From assembly GCA_037481835.1 (NCBI GenBank), contig JBBFKW010000004.1:1-12692 (forward strand): 12,692 bases of DNA, written 5' to 3'. Shown piece after piece: positions 8,618 to 12,692 of this stretch. The stretch's first letter is position 1. Every line of letters begins with the position of its first letter. This DNA is from Desulfosoma sp. GTDB lineage: Bacteria; Desulfobacterota; Syntrophobacteria; Syntrophobacterales; DSM-9756. The position numbers were made by a program, and so were the translations under genes. A model generated the notes under the pieces. It searched no databases, had not been told where the DNA came from, and saw only the letters and a list, made by a program, of their open reading frames with translations.

Positions 8618-8646
8618 GTGAATCCGTGCGACGCGGCCTTTATAAT
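8618..8646 (+). promoter_or_regulatory. Putative sigma70 promoter for the pseudo-receiver/HDAC/SidJ-like operon
   Basis: Perfect TATAAT at 8641-8646 in an AT-rich island, with a weak -35 GTGAAT (8618-8623) at 17-nt spacing. RBS GAGGA at 8674-8678 precedes the ATG at 8685. Confidence 0.55.
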
Positions 8647-8684
8647 AAATTAAAAAAAGACCCTGACACGCGTGAGGATCGACC

Positions 8685-9143
8685 ATGGACAAAGGACACG
8701 CAGCTCCGGAAAGGCCCCGCAAACGTCTTCTGCTCTACATGCTGCACTGCGGTCTTGACGGAAAGCTTTTGCAAAAGATTTGCGCCCGGCACGGTCTGGA
8801 TCTCGATATCCGCCAGTTTCCCAGGGAAGAGGCCTTCGCCTACCACATGCACCCTCAGTTTGAAACGCCCGATCTTATCCTCATCCGGGGCCATTTCATC
8901 CAACTGGTCCGTGAGGTGGACAAGGAACGACACATCCCGTACGTCGTCGTCTCTTCCAAGCTCAAGTACGGCACGGGACAGCCGGTCTTCATCCATGCGG
9001 ACAAAGGCTACGGCACCCAAGAAACCCTGGGCGTCTACCATGCCATTGCGGAAAAACTAAAAGAAATGGTATCCTTGCGATCGCTCGACGCACAAGGGAC
9101 ATCGCCCGTGGAGGCCAACACGACGGATTCGGGACCATGCTGA
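8685..9143 (+). CDS. Hypothetical 152-aa protein, possibly a degenerate (non-phosphorylatable) receiver-like domain
   Basis: It has an RBS, an upstream promoter and a 7-nt overlap with the next gene. PDLILIR and HIPYVVVSS resemble receiver strands beta3 (PDLILLD) and beta4 (IPVIMLT). The CDS is likely real; the fold assignment is tentative. Confidence 0.7.
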   Translation: MDKGHAAPERPRKRLLLYMLHCGLDGKLLQKICARHGLDLDIRQFPREEAFAYHMHPQFETPDLILIRGHFIQLVREVDKERHIPYVVVSSKLKYGTGQPVFIHADKGYGTQETLGVYHAIAEKLKEMVSLRSLDAQGTSPVEANTTDSGPC

Positions 9144-9937
9144 AAGTGGTTTCTCACGAAGGCTACCTCGCCCGGTACCCCACAGGTGCCGTAGAAACCC
9201 CTGCGCGGATACGATCGATCCTGGGGAATCTGAAAGGACTCTACCCCCTGGTGGTGCCCGAACCGGCATCCAAAGAGGATCTCTTGCGGGCTCATACCCC
9301 GGATCACCTCATCCAGGTGCAATTGGAAGGCACAGCCGTGAGGGACGCGGCCGCCTTGGCGGCGGGCGGAGCCCTATGCGCCGCGCGGCGGGCTTTGACG
9401 GACGGACATCCCTACTTCGCCGCCGTGCGCCCTCCCGGGCATCATGCGGGAAGAAACCGTTTCGGGGGTTTTTGCTTTTTCAACAACATGGCCGTCGCTA
9501 TCCTGGCCCTTTTGGATCACGGGGCAGAGCGCCGAGCGGCGGTGATCGACTTTGACATGCACCGGGGCGACGGCACGGCGGAAATTTTCGACGGGGATCC
9601 CCGCGTGCATTTTTTGGACGTGTCTTCCGCGGAAAAGGACATGTTCGTGCAAAGAATCGAAAGCTTTCTCGATGCACTTCCGCCCGTTGACATCATCGGC
9701 GTTTCGGCGGGTTTTGACATGCACGTGAAAGATTGGGGGGGACTGCTCACCAACCGGGATTACCACCACATCGGGCGGCTTATCGGAAAGGCCGCTCGCC
9801 GCAAAGCTTCCGGCCGGGTGTTTGCCGTCCTCGAAGGGGGGTACATGCCCCACGAACTCGGCAAAGCCGTCCTGGCCTTTTGCAAAGGGCTCGAAGGAAA
9901 GGACCTCATCGAACCGACACACACAACAAGGCCATGA
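9137..9937 (+). CDS. Histone deacetylase-family Zn-dependent amidohydrolase (short form, 266 aa)
   Basis: Motifs ETPARI, RPPGHHA (His dyad), GGFCFFNN, IDFDMHRGDGT (Asp/His metal ligands), VSAGFD (third ligand) and VLEGGY (catalytic Tyr). Confidence 0.95.
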   Translation: MLKVVSHEGYLARYPTGAVETPARIRSILGNLKGLYPLVVPEPASKEDLLRAHTPDHLIQVQLEGTAVRDAAALAAGGALCAARRALTDGHPYFAAVRPPGHHAGRNRFGGFCFFNNMAVAILALLDHGAERRAAVIDFDMHRGDGTAEIFDGDPRVHFLDVSSAEKDMFVQRIESFLDALPPVDIIGVSAGFDMHVKDWGGLLTNRDYHHIGRLIGKAARRKASGRVFAVLEGGYMPHELGKAVLAFCKGLEGKDLIEPTHTTRP

Positions 9938-11583
9938 CGCCGAAATACCAGGAACTGGAGCGTCTCAAGCGGGAACTCAGCGGCCCTCCGACGGACTTCA
10001 GCGCCGCTTTCCTTAAAGTTCAGGAATTGCGCCGCCTCATCGAGGAAGCTCCGGACGGCATCGACCACGGCACGGTCCGCCTCCTGCAAAGGCTCCTGAC
10101 GCACGAACCCTATCAGGCGCAGCGGCAGGCGTATTTTTTCAGCCGAGAAACCGCCTTGGTCTTGCGGGACGTTTTGGAATGCTGCCCGCGTGTGGATGTC
10201 AAGGAACATGCCCGGAGAGCCCTTGAGCGGCTTTCCATGCAAACTCAGGGCGCCTGCCAGCGCGCCTCCTGCGAAGCCCTGGGGGCTCTGCCCCTCCCCA
10301 TGGCTCCTCCCTCACTGCCTCCCGACCCCGACCCGATGGGCGCACCCATCGTGTCTTTGGATCACTTCGGCCTTCAACAAGGGATCGTGACTGCCTCGAC
10401 GTCTTGGACCCGTTGCGGTCGAAGCCTGTGGGTCCGGGACCAGGACACGGGACGGCTGCTCACCATTAAAACGGCCGCGGATTCCGAAGGGGCTCGGGCG
10501 CTTTTTCGGGAGATTCATTGGATGCGCAATCTCTCGGAAAACTTCAGCCTAGTGGATGGGGACGGATGTTCCTTTCCCAGGCCCCTCAGTCCGGACGGGC
10601 CGTATCTTTTTCGTTTGAAAACCGCCGGGGAAAACGCCCATGTCTTTGGATCAGAGGCTCAGGGAGGACTCTGGGCCATCGCCTTTTCGGCCCCGCCCGA
10701 CTATTTCGTGTATCCCAATCAGCCCGTGAACGGGCACATGCCGTCCAAGGCGGCCTTTCTTTCCACTCTCAGGCGCAGCGCCCACGTCCTCGGACGGTTG
10801 GCGTCCCATGGCATCGTGCACACGGCACCCATCCCCCTTTTTCATAATCGGGTGCAGCGGCACCGCCGGGAGGACGGAGGTTTGTATCGCTGGCCACGGG
10901 GGGGCCGCCTGGATCGATGGTTGGAATCGTGCGATTATCCCAACTTCGGCCGGTCGGGCGTTCGGGATCTGGAACACTTGCAACCCGCAGGAACCCACGG
11001 GATGTCTCTCCATGAACAGATCGGCATGCATTTTCTCAGTTTTCTTCTGGTGGCGGGAAGCTATTTCAGAAACCGGAACCGGAACCTTCGAGGGCGAAGA
11101 GAGGACGGCACGCCCGTCGATGTCAGAGAGTGGTTCGATGAGCACTTTCTCGTCAAAGTGATCGAATCGGTCTTCATCGCCTACTACGAGGCGTTCACCG
11201 GCTGGACGGCGCCGACGGATGTTCCCTGGGATTTGGCCCGATTGGCCCGCCGGATGATCGACGAAATGGGGGTGGACCGGCACATGGAAGAAATCCTTCG
11301 CGTGGCCGACCAGGAAAACATGAGTGACGAAGAATTTTGGGCGTTCCTAAAAGAACGGGGCACGTCTCCCGAGGAAGCGGGCCGGATCCCACGGGGCAAG
11401 GAAGACATTGTTCTTCTCACGGGCCCCCACCTTGGGGCGTTCAACGATCGGATATCCCTTCCCGAAATCATCCATTTCGTTGGAACGGCGGCCGCCCTGT
11501 GCATCAGCGGTCGCTATTTCCGCCTCCGAAGCCGAAATTCGGCGGCGCCCTGCGCCGTCTCCGAGCGCAGGACCCCCTCTTAA
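9934..11583 (+). CDS. SidJ-like pseudokinase (putative ATP-dependent protein glutamylase), 549 aa
   Basis: The start at 9934 forms an ATGA overlap with the HDAC stop; the ORF-track start at 9733 lies inside the HDAC gene. Motifs GRSL, TIK, FRE, PLFHNRVQRHRREDGGLY, GRLDRW, YPNFGRSGVRDLEH and GPHLGAFN parallel Legionella SidJ motifs as recalled. Confidence 0.85.
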   Translation: MTPKYQELERLKRELSGPPTDFSAAFLKVQELRRLIEEAPDGIDHGTVRLLQRLLTHEPYQAQRQAYFFSRETALVLRDVLECCPRVDVKEHARRALERLSMQTQGACQRASCEALGALPLPMAPPSLPPDPDPMGAPIVSLDHFGLQQGIVTASTSWTRCGRSLWVRDQDTGRLLTIKTAADSEGARALFREIHWMRNLSENFSLVDGDGCSFPRPLSPDGPYLFRLKTAGENAHVFGSEAQGGLWAIAFSAPPDYFVYPNQPVNGHMPSKAAFLSTLRRSAHVLGRLASHGIVHTAPIPLFHNRVQRHRREDGGLYRWPRGGRLDRWLESCDYPNFGRSGVRDLEHLQPAGTHGMSLHEQIGMHFLSFLLVAGSYFRNRNRNLRGRREDGTPVDVREWFDEHFLVKVIESVFIAYYEAFTGWTAPTDVPWDLARLARRMIDEMGVDRHMEEILRVADQENMSDEEFWAFLKERGTSPEEAGRIPRGKEDIVLLTGPHLGAFNDRISLPEIIHFVGTAAALCISGRYFRLRSRNSAAPCAVSERRTPS

Positions 11584-11624
11584 CGAAAGGTCGATGGCGG
11601 CAACCCTGGAGGCCGAGGCTGTGG

Positions 11625-11807
11625 TCAATTGTCCACGTCCTTCAGAGCCTCCCGAACGGCTTGGATGAGAGCGTCGAACTGCTCGGAACGGTAGGGATCG
11701 ACCCCGCCGCAGCCGGCATCTCCCATCTTATCGAAGACGAATTCCTTTTCCATGTAATCCAAAAGCTGCCGCGTGGATTGGATCAGGCGCTGCATCGTGT
11801 CGTTCAT
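11625..11807 (-). CDS. Small hypothetical protein, 60 aa (MNDTMQRL...DAGCGGVDPY...LKDVDN)
   Basis: AAAGGAGA RBS about 10 nt upstream of ATG 11807. Two amphipathic helices flank a Gly/Cys loop. The 58-codon N-terminal extension in the ORF track looks non-coding. Confidence 0.8.
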   Translation of the reverse strand: MNDTMQRLIQSTRQLLDYMEKEFVFDKMGDAGCGGVDPYRSEQFDALIQAVREALKDVDN

Positions 11808-11984
11808 CCTTCGTGATCTCCTTTCGCGGCCCCAAAACGTGTTGAGCTCGGTTCGCTGCGGCGGCCTGGGATTTAAATCTCCGCTCCCGATGGGTCTTTT
11901 CCCGGGAAAGGGGCGCCCACGGCCGCAGGCCATTGGGGGTGAAGCCGTCCCATCCTCAAGGTGAAAGCCCCTCCGGACCATGGC

Positions 11985-12638
11985 CTAAGCCAGGGCCTGG
12001 GACAAGAACCCCTTCGCCGACCATAAGAACCACGCACCAAAGCCCACGAGAAACACCCCGCAGGCTCGGAGCACCCACTGGTAGCTGCGATCCCCCATGA
12101 AGCGCGTTCCTTTGGTGACCCCGAGGGACACCAAGCTGTACCAGGCAAAATCGGCTGCGATGTGCCCCAAAAAGAAAACACCCACCCCCCATGGTCCCGC
12201 CTTCATGGCGGCCACCATGTATCCTAGACCGATGGTGGCCCACCACAGGGTCCAATAGGGGTTGGAAAGACTCGCCAAAATGCCCAGGAGCACAGGGTGG
12301 CGGCCGGAAGAGGAGCCGCCGGCGGAGGCGTTCAGGTTGAGCGTGAGCCGGGCGGCGCTTCGCACCATGTCCATACCCATCCAGAGCAGAAAGCCGCCTC
12401 CGAAAAGGGCGATGGTCCCCATGACCGAGGGTTTCTTGAGAAAGGGTCCGAGCCCCAAAACGACGGCCGCCACCACGGCCAGTTCCAGGACGGCATGCCC
12501 GGTCATGAGCAGGGGGCCCGCCCGGAAACCCCGACGCACCGATTCGGTGATGGTGATGGTAAAAAGCGGCCCGGGCATGAGCGCCCCGGAAAGGGCCACG
12601 GTGAACGATCCCGCGCCGATCGCCAGTAATTCCAACAT
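11985..12638 (-). CDS. LysE-family translocator (amino-acid/small-molecule exporter), 217 aa
   Basis: Motifs LSGALMPGPLFTITI..S.RRGFRAG....GHAVLE and GILASLSNPYWTLWW, with about six hydrophobic segments. Start placed at ATG 12638 (MLELLAIG) with GGAG 8 nt upstream. Confidence 0.92.
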   Translation of the reverse strand: MLELLAIGAGSFTVALSGALMPGPLFTITITESVRRGFRAGPLLMTGHAVLELAVVAAVVLGLGPFLKKPSVMGTIALFGGGFLLWMGMDMVRSAARLTLNLNASAGGSSSGRHPVLLGILASLSNPYWTLWWATIGLGYMVAAMKAGPWGVGVFFLGHIAADFAWYSLVSLGVTKGTRFMGDRSYQWVLRACGVFLVGFGAWFLWSAKGFLSQALA

Positions 12639-12692
12639 GTTTTGCTCTCCGCGAAAACACTCCCCGCCTATGGCGTCATAGCCGCCCACCCA

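Noticed and set aside
9733..9933. 67-aa N-terminal extension of the SidJ-like ORF
   Set aside because: It lies inside the HDAC gene in another frame. The ATGA overlap at 9934 is a much better start.
1090..11583. Functional link between the E1-like enzyme and the SidJ-like protein (since SidJ regulates ubiquitin ligases)
   Set aside because: They are about 7.4 kb apart and separated by a terminator and an unrelated operon. No ubiquitin-like, E2 or SidE-like gene is in the window, so only analogy supports it.
11808..11981. Upstream extension making the small protein 118 aa
   Set aside because: Its composition looks non-coding, and a strong RBS precedes ATG 11807.
11956..12660. Alternative 234-aa minus-strand ORF with a His run, overlapping lysE
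   Set aside because: Off-frame overlap of the well-supported LysE gene, with Arg/Gly-rich shadow composition.
12668..12681. Imperfect palindrome CTATGGCGTCATAG upstream of the LysE gene
   Set aside because: It is at the window edge and may belong to the end of an upstream gene. There is too little context to assign a function.

Overview
GC-rich bacterial window. The gene content suggests an anaerobic deltaproteobacterium (Desulfobacterota/Syntrophobacterales-like), but this is inference only. From left to right it contains: (1) the 3' part of an Amt ammonium transporter; (2) a 471-aa protein with two tandem ThiF/MoeB-fold domains, one degenerate and one intact, giving an E1-like IAD+AAD layout; (3) a bidirectional terminator; (4) a minus-strand beta-oxidation operon (TetR/FadR, acyl-CoA dehydrogenase, thiolase, FadB/FadJ) with a clear sigma70 promoter and a Bacillus-type FadR operator palindrome; (5) a divergent, translationally coupled three-gene operon encoding a pseudo-receiver-like protein, a shortened Zn-dependent HDAC-family amidohydrolase and a 549-aa SidJ-like pseudokinase; (6) a convergent 60-aa small protein; and (7) a LysE-family exporter. 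The best candidate for an undescribed system is the SidJ-like operon. It retains nearly all catalytic residues of the Legionella glutamylase SidJ at matching spacing, has no recognisable calmodulin-binding IQ tail, and is coupled to an amide hydrolase, so it may be a bacterial writer/eraser protein-glutamylation module. All family assignments come from motif recognition and recalled reference sequences; no database search was run.
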